Of a DNA stretch of 32,000 nucleotides, positions 8,565 through 16,768 are shown one piece after another. The stretch's first letter is position 1, and every line of letters starts with the position of its first letter. The notes under the pieces were generated by a model. That model saw only the letters and a program-made list of their open reading frames with translations. It was not told the DNA's origin and did no database searches. Origin of the DNA: Planctopirus limnophila DSM 3776. GTDB lineage: Bacteria; Planctomycetota; Planctomycetia; Planctomycetales; Planctomycetaceae. Made by a program: the position numbers and the translations under genes. The stretch is taken from assembly GCF_000092105.1 (NCBI RefSeq), contig NC_014148.1, forward strand, positions 3,390,001-3,422,000, given 5' to 3'.

Positions 8565-9758
8565 TTGCGATTGAATGATCGACGCTTCTTCAATCCACTT
8601 CACTTCAGCCCTGCGCAGGCCCTACTGGTTATCCTGACGCTACTTGTTCCATTACTTCCAGCGGGCATGACCAGTGCGTGGAAAACAACAGCTCGGGATG
8701 TGGTAGCCCCCGGCTGTCTCATCCTGCGGGAACTTCAAGTTCATCTGGCCGCCCCCATTTCCCGCCGTCTGACGGGCTTATTTCAACGTTCGACTTCTCA
8801 CGATCTGCAAGCTGTTGACTTATCCGAAAACACAGCTTCCATACTTGGGCAGCAACTCGAACGCGAACGCGAGAAAACCCACCGGCTCACAGCCTTACTA
8901 CTTACACCATCTCACACCAGCAAATCATTCCATCCCGATAGCAGCATCAGCCCACAGTCTTCCCGGATTGTTCCCATAAGCTTTGAACATGCCGATTTCG
9001 AACAGACATCGAACTCCTCTCGACTTCGCGCCGGCAGCAGAAGACTCTTCGTAGCAGATCTCATCGAAGCCACATTGCTGGGCAGCGAACTTTCCAGAAA
9101 CTGGAAATCCGGCGCCATCATCGCACGGGGAAGTCGGCAAGGAATCGAAGAGTCGGCCTGGGTCGTGAAATCTTCCGAACCTTTGCTGGATCTTGGCCAT
9201 GATCACAACATCGCCCCGGCCGATCTCGTACTGACAGCCGGTTTGGTCGTAGTTGGCAAAGTGGAGCGAGTCGGCAACTGGACGAGCACTTTTCTACCAG
9301 TCACTCATGGCAGATTTCGCTGCCGGGCCATGGTGGTTCGCCAGGGTGAAAACTCGACAGTTTCTCAGAAGCCCACAATTCTTACGCAAACGATTCTCGC
9401 GGGAGATGGCACCCAGACATGTCGTCTTGAGAAAATCTCTGACAACATTGGCCTGCGTGTCGGAGATGAAGTCTATTCACTGGAAGACGATGGTCTTCTC
9501 AATCGACCACTCTTCCTGGGAACGATTACCAAAGCCACATTACCTGCAGAAGATCGTTACTGGGAAGTTCAGGTCACACCGGAGTATCTCCATCCCTCCT
9601 TCACAACGTCAGATCCATATGTCTCTTCCAGTTCAGTGGTGACCACAGCTTCCACTCCATCGCCACCATTTCCTGCACAGCTGAGCATCCTGCGCCTGCG
9701 TCCCAATTCATCCCGTTTCGAGAATGACAGTCCCTCATCAGAGGGAGTTCTGCCATGA
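8565..9758 (+). CDS. mreC: rod shape-determining protein MreC (divergent, extended)
   Basis: The gene lies between mreB and mreD. It has an N-terminal TM segment (ALLVILTLLVPLLPAG) and a coiled-coil-like segment (LGQQLEREREKTHRLTALL). The C-terminal beta-domain pattern is VVGKVERVGNWTSTFLPVTHGRFRCRAMVVR ... ILAGDGTQTCRLEKISDNIGLRVGDEVYS ... LFLGTITKA. This parallels E. coli MreC VVGQVVAVAKLTSRVLLI... IAAGNG...IRVGDVLVTS. The start is a TTG at 8565 or 8571, preceded by AAGG. Confidence 0.65.
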   Translation: MRLNDRRFFNPLHFSPAQALLVILTLLVPLLPAGMTSAWKTTARDVVAPGCLILRELQVHLAAPISRRLTGLFQRSTSHDLQAVDLSENTASILGQQLEREREKTHRLTALLLTPSHTSKSFHPDSSISPQSSRIVPISFEHADFEQTSNSSRLRAGSRRLFVADLIEATLLGSELSRNWKSGAIIARGSRQGIEESAWVVKSSEPLLDLGHDHNIAPADLVLTAGLVVVGKVERVGNWTSTFLPVTHGRFRCRAMVVRQGENSTVSQKPTILTQTILAGDGTQTCRLEKISDNIGLRVGDEVYSLEDDGLLNRPLFLGTITKATLPAEDRYWEVQVTPEYLHPSFTTSDPYVSSSSVVTTASTPSPPFPAQLSILRLRPNSSRFENDSPSSEGVLP

Positions 9759-10324
9759 AGCGTTTGCTATCCTTTGTGGCTCTCTTGTGTGTGGCCTATC
9801 TGATTCCTTGTCTGATGAGTCTGGCTCCTGACCATAACGACCAGGCCAGCGTACTTCCCGTGGCTCAAAATCTCTGGCAGGGATTCATTCTTCCCGCGCT
9901 AGGTTTAGGTCTCATGGTACTTTGGGGCCGTTGTGGACTTCCGGCTTCGGCTCCACTTCTGGCAGCGGCCTGCATGGGATTGTTACTCGACGGACTGTCT
10001 GATTCGAACCGTATGGGCCTGCAGACCATCACCTGCACACTCTTGATGGCCGGTCTCATCTGGTGGCACTCGGCACCAATCAATCAACCATGGCAATGGA
10101 TCATCAGCCTGCCGCTCGCGACAGCACTGGGCTCGACAGCCAGCTTCATCAGCTTGAATTTCCCCGCAGGCTGGATCACTCAGCTGGTGACAGAGGTCAG
10201 CATCGTCACCATCGTGGTCATCGCCGGAACAACGATCACGCGATTACCGCAAATCTATTTTGCCCCTGCACCCAGAGAGGCCTTCTCACTCAGCAACCGC
10301 TGGAATCGCCTGACTCCCGATTGA
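9755..10324 (+). CDS. mreD: rod shape-determining protein MreD (putative polytopic membrane protein)
   Basis: The ATG overlaps the mreC stop (ATGA at 9755-9758). The protein is 189 aa and almost entirely hydrophobic helices. The call rests on position and topology, not on motif recognition. Confidence 0.5.
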   Translation: MKRLLSFVALLCVAYLIPCLMSLAPDHNDQASVLPVAQNLWQGFILPALGLGLMVLWGRCGLPASAPLLAAACMGLLLDGLSDSNRMGLQTITCTLLMAGLIWWHSAPINQPWQWIISLPLATALGSTASFISLNFPAGWITQLVTEVSIVTIVVIAGTTITRLPQIYFAPAPREAFSLSNRWNRLTPD

Positions 10325-10353
10325 TCCTTTTACCAAGTTGCAGTCAATAATCC

Positions 10354-11331
10354 TTATTGAACCTTGCGACGCAGGTAGTCACCCGCCGCGATGATCTCCT
10401 GCCGACCTGAGGCAAACTCCGTAAAGCGTTTGACGAATCCGTGAATCATTCCCGGATACTCCACAAACTCCACGTCATTCCCGGCGACCTGCAAATTATC
10501 CGCATAGAGAGTTCCCTCATCATAGAGCGGGTCATAACCGGCGACACAAATTCGCGCTGGCGGCAAACCTCGAAGATTTCCCTGCAGCGGTGAAGCATAG
10601 GGATGACGTCTCTCAGCAACCTGGGGCTGGTAGAGCGACCAGAACCATTTCATATCTTCCCGGCTGAGAAAATACCCAGCCCGATAGGCTTCATAACTGC
10701 TGCTCTCAAAGTTGGCATCCGTCACCGGATAAAACAGAACTTGAGCCGCTGGCAGATGCTCCCCACGATCACGCAACATCTGGCACAGCACAGTCGCCAG
10801 GTTTGCACCCGCACTATCACCAGCCACGGCATACTTCTGCCCCGGCAAAAGCTGCGAACACACCCAGCGGGCAGCCAGTTCGGCATCAATTGTCGCCGCA
10901 GGAAACGGAAATTCCGGCGCAAGCCGATATTCAACAGAAACAATCGTCATTCCACTGGCGAGTGCCAATTCCCGCACCAGCGAATCAAAATAAACAACAC
11001 TCCCAATCACCCATCCGCCACCATGAAAATACAGACAGATATGCCCGGAAGCCGCATGGGGACGATAGATGCGTAAAGCGAGTTGATTATCATCGCTCAC
11101 AAGCGGTCTGACTGGTGAGGATCCCACCACCTCACGTGAAATTAGCTGCATTTCTCGATTGATGCACACATCCTCAATCATCTCAAAACGATCATCGGCC
11201 GCAAATGCTGCAGGCGCTGCCTCTTCCCACTGAGCTTTACGGATCGCCACTGCACCCAGTTCACTCACAGGTGGCAGATGGAGAGCATTGAGCTGTTCGA
11301 GAAATCGCACCGCATCCGCTTCGAGGGGCAT
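10354..11331 (-). CDS. alpha/beta hydrolase, hormone-sensitive-lipase family esterase/lipase (Abhydrolase_3)
   Basis: The oxyanion motif is HGGGW (LYFHGGGWVIGS) and the nucleophile elbow is GDSAGANLA. Downstream DPLYDEG and MIHGF supply the Asp/His candidates. The track start is a GTG at 11343 that abuts the dnaB stop. I prefer the ATG at 11331 (MPLEAD...). Confidence 0.85.
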   Translation of the reverse strand: MPLEADAVRFLEQLNALHLPPVSELGAVAIRKAQWEEAAPAAFAADDRFEMIEDVCINREMQLISREVVGSSPVRPLVSDDNQLALRIYRPHAASGHICLYFHGGGWVIGSVVYFDSLVRELALASGMTIVSVEYRLAPEFPFPAATIDAELAARWVCSQLLPGQKYAVAGDSAGANLATVLCQMLRDRGEHLPAAQVLFYPVTDANFESSSYEAYRAGYFLSREDMKWFWSLYQPQVAERRHPYASPLQGNLRGLPPARICVAGYDPLYDEGTLYADNLQVAGNDVEFVEYPGMIHGFVKRFTEFASGRQEIIAAGDYLRRKVQ

Positions 11332-11343
11332 ATCGACTCTCAC

Positions 11344-12744
11344 TTACTCAGAGAACGCAATATCCGGAGCATCCATTGCACTGTAGTCTTCGAAACGCAT
11401 GAATTCCCTTCGCCATGTAAGCCGCACGATCCCGGTCGGCCCGCTGCGGTGTTTGGCCACGATCACTTCGGCCAACCCTGGCTGATCTTCCGGGTTATAA
11501 GCATCGGGTCGATGGAGGAACATGACGATATCTGCATCCTGCTCAATGGCACCACTTTCTCGCAGGTCGGCCATTTTCGGACGTTTGTCTTCTCGAAGTT
11601 CCACTCCCCGGTTGAGCTGTGACAGCGCAATCACTGGAATCTCATTTTCCTTGGCGATTCCCTTTAACCGCCGGGTGATCTGCGCGATCTGCTGCTCACG
11701 CGGCGCCCGCTTATCTTCCGGTTCAATCAGCTGCAAATAGTCGATGATAATCAGACCCAACTGATTCTTTCGTTTGAGCCTGCGGGCAATCGCACTGATC
11801 TGCCCCACTGTCCGTCCGGGAGCATCATCAATAAACAGTGGCACCCGGCTCAATTCCGAAGAAGCCGTCATCAAGGCATGTTTCTCGGCCTGATCAAGAT
11901 CCCCTTTACGCAACCGGTGACCATCCAGCCGTGCCCTGATACACAAAAATCGCTCAGCCAGTTCCAGCTTCGACTGTTCCAGACTGAATACCAGCACGGT
12001 ATTGCCATTGGTGGCGACCGCTTCCGCCAGATTACAAACCAGTGCGGTCTTACCCATACTGGGGCGGGCTGCGAGAATGATCAGTTCTGCCGCCTGAAAC
12101 CCGTTCGTCTGGCGATCCAGATCCAGAAATCCAGTCGAAAGACCGCTGATCACACCTTCGCGATCAAACCTCGCGTTAATCCGATGCAACGTCTGCATCA
12201 TGATCGTGTTCATGTCGATCTGCGAACTGCGCTCCTGCTCCTGCAGAATACCGAAAATTTTCTGCTCAGCCCGTGAAAGCACCTCCGAGGTATCATCCGA
12301 ACCCGAGTAACAATCCCGCAACACCTCGGTGCAGGCGTCAGTCAATGATCGCTGAATCCAGCGATCGCGCACAATCTCTGCATAACCTTTCACGTTCGCA
12401 GCATGCGGTACCGTCTCGAGCACCTCCATCAGGTACTCAATACCACCCACATCTTCTAACTGCGACTTCTGATCCAGATGCTCGGCGACAGTCACTGGAT
12501 CAACTGGCTGCTTGTTGTCTTCAACAATCGCCTTGATGGCGGCATAGATCAGTTGATGGCCGTGATGATAGAAATGATCCGCCAGCAGGAAGTCGGCCAC
12601 TTCGTCAAAGGCTCGACTCTGAAGCAGAATACTCCCGAGAACACTCTTCTCAGCAATCAGGTTCTGCGGCGGCACATGACCCGCAAAATCTGAAGCCGTC
12701 GGTTTGACTCGTGATTTCTCTGATCGCGAAAATTCAGTGGCCAT
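11344..12744 (-). CDS. dnaB: replicative DNA helicase DnaB
   Basis: The N-terminal domain reads PPQNLIAEKSVLGSILL. Walker A is AARPSMGKTALVCN, Walker B is LIIIDYLQL, and SQLNRGVE...RESGAIEQDADIVMFLHR is also present. The ATG at 12744 (MATEF...) follows AAGGGAAG. The track's upstream ATG at 12792 is less likely. Confidence 0.92.
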   Translation of the reverse strand: MATEFSRSEKSRVKPTASDFAGHVPPQNLIAEKSVLGSILLQSRAFDEVADFLLADHFYHHGHQLIYAAIKAIVEDNKQPVDPVTVAEHLDQKSQLEDVGGIEYLMEVLETVPHAANVKGYAEIVRDRWIQRSLTDACTEVLRDCYSGSDDTSEVLSRAEQKIFGILQEQERSSQIDMNTIMMQTLHRINARFDREGVISGLSTGFLDLDRQTNGFQAAELIILAARPSMGKTALVCNLAEAVATNGNTVLVFSLEQSKLELAERFLCIRARLDGHRLRKGDLDQAEKHALMTASSELSRVPLFIDDAPGRTVGQISAIARRLKRKNQLGLIIIDYLQLIEPEDKRAPREQQIAQITRRLKGIAKENEIPVIALSQLNRGVELREDKRPKMADLRESGAIEQDADIVMFLHRPDAYNPEDQPGLAEVIVAKHRSGPTGIVRLTWRREFMRFEDYSAMDAPDIAFSE

Positions 12745-12831
12745 GGCACTTCCCTTGACCATTCGATCTCGGATCGACCTCGTAACAACCATTCACCAGA
12801 AGCTTGCCGCCGATCTTCCCCGACATCAAAC

Positions 12832-12860
12832 AAAACACCCAGGGAATACCTGGGTGTTTT
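12832..12860 (-). terminator. Rho-independent terminator downstream of rplI
   Basis: A 12-bp perfect stem, AAAACACCCAGG (12832-12843) with CCTGGGTGTTTT (12849-12860), and loop GAATA. On the minus strand the stem is followed by a U-rich tract (UUUUGUUUG). dnaB starts about 90 nt further on, so readthrough or a separate promoter is needed. Confidence 0.6.
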
Positions 12861-12921
12861 AAATTTCGTGGTGCCGCAAAATCGAGTTTCGCCCGGCATC
12901 ATTTGAAAAGCTGAGTTGATA

Positions 12922-13425
12922 TTACTTCTTGACGGCTGGCACAACCCAAACCTTAACATCAGTCTTGATTTCACCGTAAATATGAATCTTGACTGTGTAC
13001 ATACCCAGTTCTTTGAGTGGCCCATCCAGACGAACCTGATCGGCTTCGATGGCATAACCAGCCGATTTCAGCGACTTGCTGATGTCGTGACCCAGGATCG
13101 AACCGAACAGATGACCGTCTTCGTTGGCATTTGCTTCCAGAGTGACGCTGTACTTGCCGACCGCTTCAGCCAACTTCTGCAGATCAGCCATACGCTTGGC
13201 CTGGAGTTCAGCCAGATTCTGCTTATGACGTTCAACAGCTCGCTTGTTTTCAGGAGTCGCAACCGTTGCCAACCCCTGTGGAAGCAGAAAATTTCGAGCG
13301 TAACCGGGTCGGACCTTAACGATCTCGCCCTGTTCGCCCAATGATTCCACCGATTCCACCAGGAGAAGCTCAACCTGACGGGAAACTCGGGACATCCCGG
13401 AGGCGGTAACGTTTGCACGACCCAT
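12922..13425 (-). CDS. rplI: 50S ribosomal protein L9
   Basis: VELLLVESVESLGEQGEIVKVRPGYARNFLLPQGLA matches the L9 N-terminal domain signature. The start is ambiguous. Candidates are ATG 13425 (purine-rich GAAAGAAG upstream), ATG 13395, and the track's TTG 13464. Confidence 0.85.
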   Translation of the reverse strand: MGRANVTASGMSRVSRQVELLLVESVESLGEQGEIVKVRPGYARNFLLPQGLATVATPENKRAVERHKQNLAELQAKRMADLQKLAEAVGKYSVTLEANANEDGHLFGSILGHDISKSLKSAGYAIEADQVRLDGPLKELGMYTVKIHIYGEIKTDVKVWVVPAVKK

Positions 13426-13563
13426 GACTGCCACTTCTTTCACTGACTTGATTGGCCTGTTCAAGCTGGCCCAGTAAACCTCAAAGCCTGCCCTGATTCA
13501 GACAGGCCCATGACTGGGAATCACTTCAACACGACCATCGAAATATTAATCTCAAATCTCGAC

Positions 13564-13603
13564 TGAGTTGACCGACAGAACACTGTGTTGACCGACAGAA
13601 CGC
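13564..13603. repeat. 2 x 20-bp tandem direct repeat in the ssb-rplI spacer
   Basis: The units are tgAgttgaccgacagaacAc (13564-13583) and tgTgttgaccgacagaacGc (13584-13603). They match at 18 of 20 positions, with a perfect 15-mer core gttgaccgacagaac. Confidence 0.9.
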
Positions 13604-13624
13604 TTACAAGGTTAACGCATGGCC

Positions 13625-14137
13625 TTAGAAAGGCACGTCGTCATCACCACCGCCAAAATCACCGTAATCACTGCCCATCGATTCAGAAGGTGCAGGCTGT
13701 CCGCCATCCCGTGAGGAACCACGTCCACCGCGACCACCCTCAAAAGAGCCAGAATCTCCCCGGGATGAGGATTCTCCTCGCCCACCAGCAGATCCGCCAT
13801 CACGAGAACCCAGCAACTGGAGAGTTTCACCCACCACTCGCATCTTGGATCGCTTCTGCCCGGTCTCTTTATCGTCCCAGGTATCCAGTTGCAAACGACC
13901 TTCAATGAAGACAGGTCGCCCCTTGGCCAGATACTCACCAGCAACTTCGGCCTGTCGCCCCCAGAGAGTTACGTCAACATAAGTGACTTCCTCTTTTTTC
14001 TGGTTCGACGCTTTATCGTACCACTGCCTGTTCACGGCCAGCCCCAGTTCAGTGACTGCCATCCCGCCGGTGGTATATCTCACCTGAGGATCGCGAGTCA
14101 CGTTACCCATCAGAATGACACGGTTGAAACTGGCCAT
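13625..14137 (-). CDS. ssb: single-stranded DNA-binding protein
   Basis: The N-terminal OB fold begins at the ATG at 14137: MASFNRVILMGNVTRDPQVRYTTGGMAVTELGLAVNR...VTLWGRQAEV. A Gly-rich linker follows. The acidic tip is DDDVPF. The track ORF extends upstream to 14413 and overlaps rpsF, so I reject that part. Confidence 0.9.
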   Translation of the reverse strand: MASFNRVILMGNVTRDPQVRYTTGGMAVTELGLAVNRQWYDKASNQKKEEVTYVDVTLWGRQAEVAGEYLAKGRPVFIEGRLQLDTWDDKETGQKRSKMRVVGETLQLLGSRDGGSAGGRGESSSRGDSGSFEGGRGGRGSSRDGGQPAPSESMGSDYGDFGGGDDDVPF

Positions 14138-14240
14138 GATTGGCGACCCCGACATCCGATAGGAAACGACTGACTGGCTTTGTTGTCCTGACAAACAATC
14201 GCTGACTGACCCGTGAACTAACAGGTCTATAACAGTAAAA

Positions 14241-14663
14241 TTATTCAAAATCAGTGGGCTTCTCACCGCGTGGCCCCATGTCATCACGCATCCCCATAGG
14301 ATCCTGACGCTGTTCAGGGCTGTGAATGGCTCCGTCATGCGACAGTGCATCCACCATGGCATCAAAGACAACCTGGGGATGGTTAATGACCATCTGACGC
14401 AGGACAGTTTCATTGAGCTTGCCCAACCGAGTCAACTCATCGACCTTGCTACCATCCATCTTGAAGCAGGCAAGGTAATACAACCCCTTGCGATGCCCCT
14501 TAATGGGATAGGTCAACTTGTTTTCTTGCCAGGGACGGTGTGCCACCACAGTCGCGCCACATCGATCCAGCATCCCCATGACGCTGGCAGTCGCTGCCTC
14601 GGGATCGGCGGCGTAGCGGTTGCTGTCCAGAAGGAACATGCCTTCATAAGTGTATTCGGACAA
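14241..14663 (-). CDS. rpsF: 30S ribosomal protein S6
   Basis: The N-terminus reads SEYTYEGMFLLDS...MGMLDRCGATVVAHRPWQENKLTYPIKGHRKGLYYLACFK, which is S6-like (YE..f.l; L.Y.I). It sits in the operon position before ssb. The start is a TTG at 14663 with GGAGAAG 7 nt upstream. The C-terminal tail is acidic. Confidence 0.85.
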   Translation of the reverse strand: MSEYTYEGMFLLDSNRYAADPEAATASVMGMLDRCGATVVAHRPWQENKLTYPIKGHRKGLYYLACFKMDGSKVDELTRLGKLNETVLRQMVINHPQVVFDAMVDALSHDGAIHSPEQRQDPMGMRDDMGPRGEKPTDFE

Positions 14664-14683
14664 AATTCTTCTCCAATAAACAA

Positions 14684-14710
14684 AAGGCAGAACTCATCTC
14701 GAGCTGCCTT
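14684..14710 (-). promoter_or_regulatory. hairpin plus U-tract immediately 5' of the rpsF Shine-Dalgarno (candidate leader/attenuator or pth terminator)
   Basis: The minus-strand RNA reads AAGGCAG-CUC-GAGAU-GAG-UU-CUGCCUU, followed by UUGUUUAUU, then GGAGAAG and the TTG start. The outer stem is 7 bp (14684-14690 with 14704-14710) and the inner stem is 3 bp. Confidence 0.4.
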
Positions 14711-14834
14711 GCGTGAACATACAGTTTTATCGCCTGAGCGTCAGAATGCAACCTAACCGCGCCCAGCCACTGATTTTGTCTCTCAAGACCCCGGTGATTT
14801 CCCGGAAAAAACACTACAAACCGTTATAAAACAA

Positions 14835-15410
14835 TCACTTCTGATCTGAACTCACATTAAATCGATTCATTGCCGAATCCACGCCATCCGCGAGCCACAC
14901 CTCAGCGGCGTCGGCGGCTGTCGCTACCGCGAGATCCACTTCGATCCGCTCATCCTTCCGAAACTGAGCCAACACATAGGCAGCCGCATCCATCGTTCCC
15001 GGAGGCCTGCCCACTCCCAGACGCAAGCGTGGAACAGCATCCGTTCCGAGAACCTGCAGAATATCTGCCAGTCCTTTCTGCCCTCCGGAGGAACCACCCG
15101 CTCGAACGCGCAGCTTGCCCAGTGGCAAATTCAAATCATCACAAACGATCAGGAAATCAGCGGGTGACATCTTATAAAACTTCGCGATCTGGCCGACGGA
15201 TCGCCCGCTCAAATTCATAAATGTCTGTGGCTCCAGCAGAATCACCGGAACGCCCTTCAGCACGACTTCACGAGTGATCGCATCAAACCGGCTCTTCCCC
15301 GCAGGTGCCCCACCTCGCCGCGACAATTCAGCAGTCACCTCCCAGCCGATGTTATGCCTCGTACCGACATACTTTCCACCGGGATTTCCAAGCCCCACAA
15401 TGCATTTCAT
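14835..15410 (-). CDS. pth: peptidyl-tRNA hydrolase
   Basis: The protein is 191 aa. It begins MKCIVGLGNPGGKYVGTRHNIGWEV (the GLGNPG...TRHN signature) and also contains LEPQTFMNLSG and DDLNLPLGKLRVR. Confidence 0.93.
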   Translation of the reverse strand: MKCIVGLGNPGGKYVGTRHNIGWEVTAELSRRGGAPAGKSRFDAITREVVLKGVPVILLEPQTFMNLSGRSVGQIAKFYKMSPADFLIVCDDLNLPLGKLRVRAGGSSGGQKGLADILQVLGTDAVPRLRLGVGRPPGTMDAAAYVLAQFRKDERIEVDLAVATAADAAEVWLADGVDSAMNRFNVSSDQK

Positions 15411-15526
15411 GCCACATCTACTTCAGAAAATGCCTTGAAGAACTTACCTATATCACAAGCCAGCTCACAGCAAGCGAGCCATCGATCCGACGCCAACCCG
15501 CCCCCAACCATAGCCTGCAAAAGCCA

Positions 15527-15554
15527 CGAAGCCTGCTTTTTCAAGCAGGCTTCG
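15527..15554 (-). terminator. Rho-independent terminator downstream of rplY
   Basis: A 12-bp perfect stem, CGAAGCCTGCTT with AAGCAGGCTTCG. The minus-strand loop is GAAA. The stem is followed on the minus strand by UGGCUUUUG. Confidence 0.6.
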
Positions 15555-15613
15555 GCTCTGAGGGCAACCCCCAACAGTTAATCTCTCACCTGGGAAGCAT
15601 CAAACCCCAGGAA

Positions 15614-16264
15614 TTACTTCTTCTTGGCTGGTGCAGCATCGGCTTCAGCTTCGCCAGCCTTCTTGCCAATCACTTCTGGCTCAGCGGCACCCGGAGCAGC
15701 AAGATCCAGCTCGCGAGTGCTGACCTTCACGACATGCACAACAATCAACTCGCCTTGAGTCTGCACGTGCACGCCGGGAGGAATCTCCAGTTCGTTCACA
15801 TGGATCACACCGCCCAACTGAAGATCACTCACCTTCACGACGATGGAGTCAGGAATCTGGTAAGCAAGACAATCCACCTTGATGCTATGCAGTTGATGCT
15901 CAAGCATACCACCAGAAAGAATACCGGGGGCCGTCCCCTTCAACTCAATTGCCACGTCGACTGTCACGCGCTCGTTGGGGTCAACTCGCATGAAATCAAT
16001 GTGCTGAATCAGCCGGGTAAAAGGATCAACCTGCACATCGCGGATGATGGCCTTTTCCAGCACACCTTCCACGTCGAGGTCAACAACTTTGTGACCGCTG
16101 ACGACGATGGGATGAATCAAAGTTTCATCAACAACGACTGGCTGTGGCTCTTGCTGATGGCCGTAAACAATTCCGGGCACAAGACCCGAAAGACGCAGCC
16201 GACGAGTCTCTGCAGTCCCGAGCTTCTGACGCTTTTTCACCGAAACTTTTGAATCCGCAGACAT
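15614..16264 (-). CDS. rplY: 50S ribosomal protein L25 / general stress protein Ctc
   Basis: The protein is 216 aa. It contains GTAETRRLRLSGLVPGIVYG (the L25 RRLR..G.iP.vvYG signature), a Ctc-type C-terminal beta-domain and an A/E/K-rich tail. The start is the ATG at 16264. Confidence 0.9.
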   Translation of the reverse strand: MSADSKVSVKKRQKLGTAETRRLRLSGLVPGIVYGHQQEPQPVVVDETLIHPIVVSGHKVVDLDVEGVLEKAIIRDVQVDPFTRLIQHIDFMRVDPNERVTVDVAIELKGTAPGILSGGMLEHQLHSIKVDCLAYQIPDSIVVKVSDLQLGGVIHVNELEIPPGVHVQTQGELIVVHVVKVSTRELDLAAPGAAEPEVIGKKAGEAEADAAPAKKK

Positions 16265-16515
16265 GAGAGAAACTCCGGTCGCAAAACCACTAGCTGAATG
16301 TGTGACAATAAACCCAAACCCGAGACACCCAAGAAAAAGAAGGTAAACCGTTATGCAATAACATCTTATCGCAAAAGAACCTTCTCTAATCGGTCAGCAA
16401 AAACCGTCTGGGGCACCACAAACTGTTCCCCGCCAATCCTGGCTGCAGGCATTGCAAACCCTGTAGATTAACCGGGGGTTGCTTGACTCGCAACCAAGCC
16501 GTCGTGGTTCCGGAA

Positions 16516-16540
16516 ATCGCAAGCCAGCACATCGCAAGCC
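16516..16540. repeat. direct repeat ATCGCAAGCC x2 (period 15) with a degenerate third copy upstream
   Basis: atcgcaagcc occurs at 16516-16525 and again at 16531-16540. A related copy, tcgcaaccaagcc, lies at 16488-16500. The repeats sit among several mutually exclusive stems (see the finding for 16265-16877). Confidence 0.8.
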
Positions 16541-16768
16541 GGTCGTGCCGCAAAAATCCGTGCTGGAACCATTTAAGAGGGATCCGGTGGAACCTGTCAC
16601 GAACTCTATTTTTTCAGGAACTGTCAGTTCACGTGCTTACTTCTTACATCCACCTGGGTATTGTACTAGGTGGTGACTGTTGCGCTTCGACAAGAGATCT
16701 TGGTGAGGTTGGGGTTGAACAAAAACAGAATTCACTCGGATTGCAAGCCTGACGTTCGTATCCAGTAG

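Noticed and set aside
14138-14413. N-terminal extension of the ssb ORF (track ORF 13625-14413)
   Set aside because: The extension overlaps the 3' end of rpsF in another frame and has no SSB similarity. The conserved OB-fold N-terminus MASFNRVILMGN begins at the ATG at 14137.
15305-16252. 315-aa plus-strand ORF
   Set aside because: It is antisense to rplY and the pth 5' end, both of which carry unmistakable family signatures. It is a shadow ORF.
16394-16752. Small ORFs (65-89 aa) in the 613-bp spacer
   Set aside because: They overlap each other in different frames, lack SD sequences and have Arg/Cys/Ser-rich non-protein-like composition. The region is better treated as non-coding (see the finding for 16265-16877).
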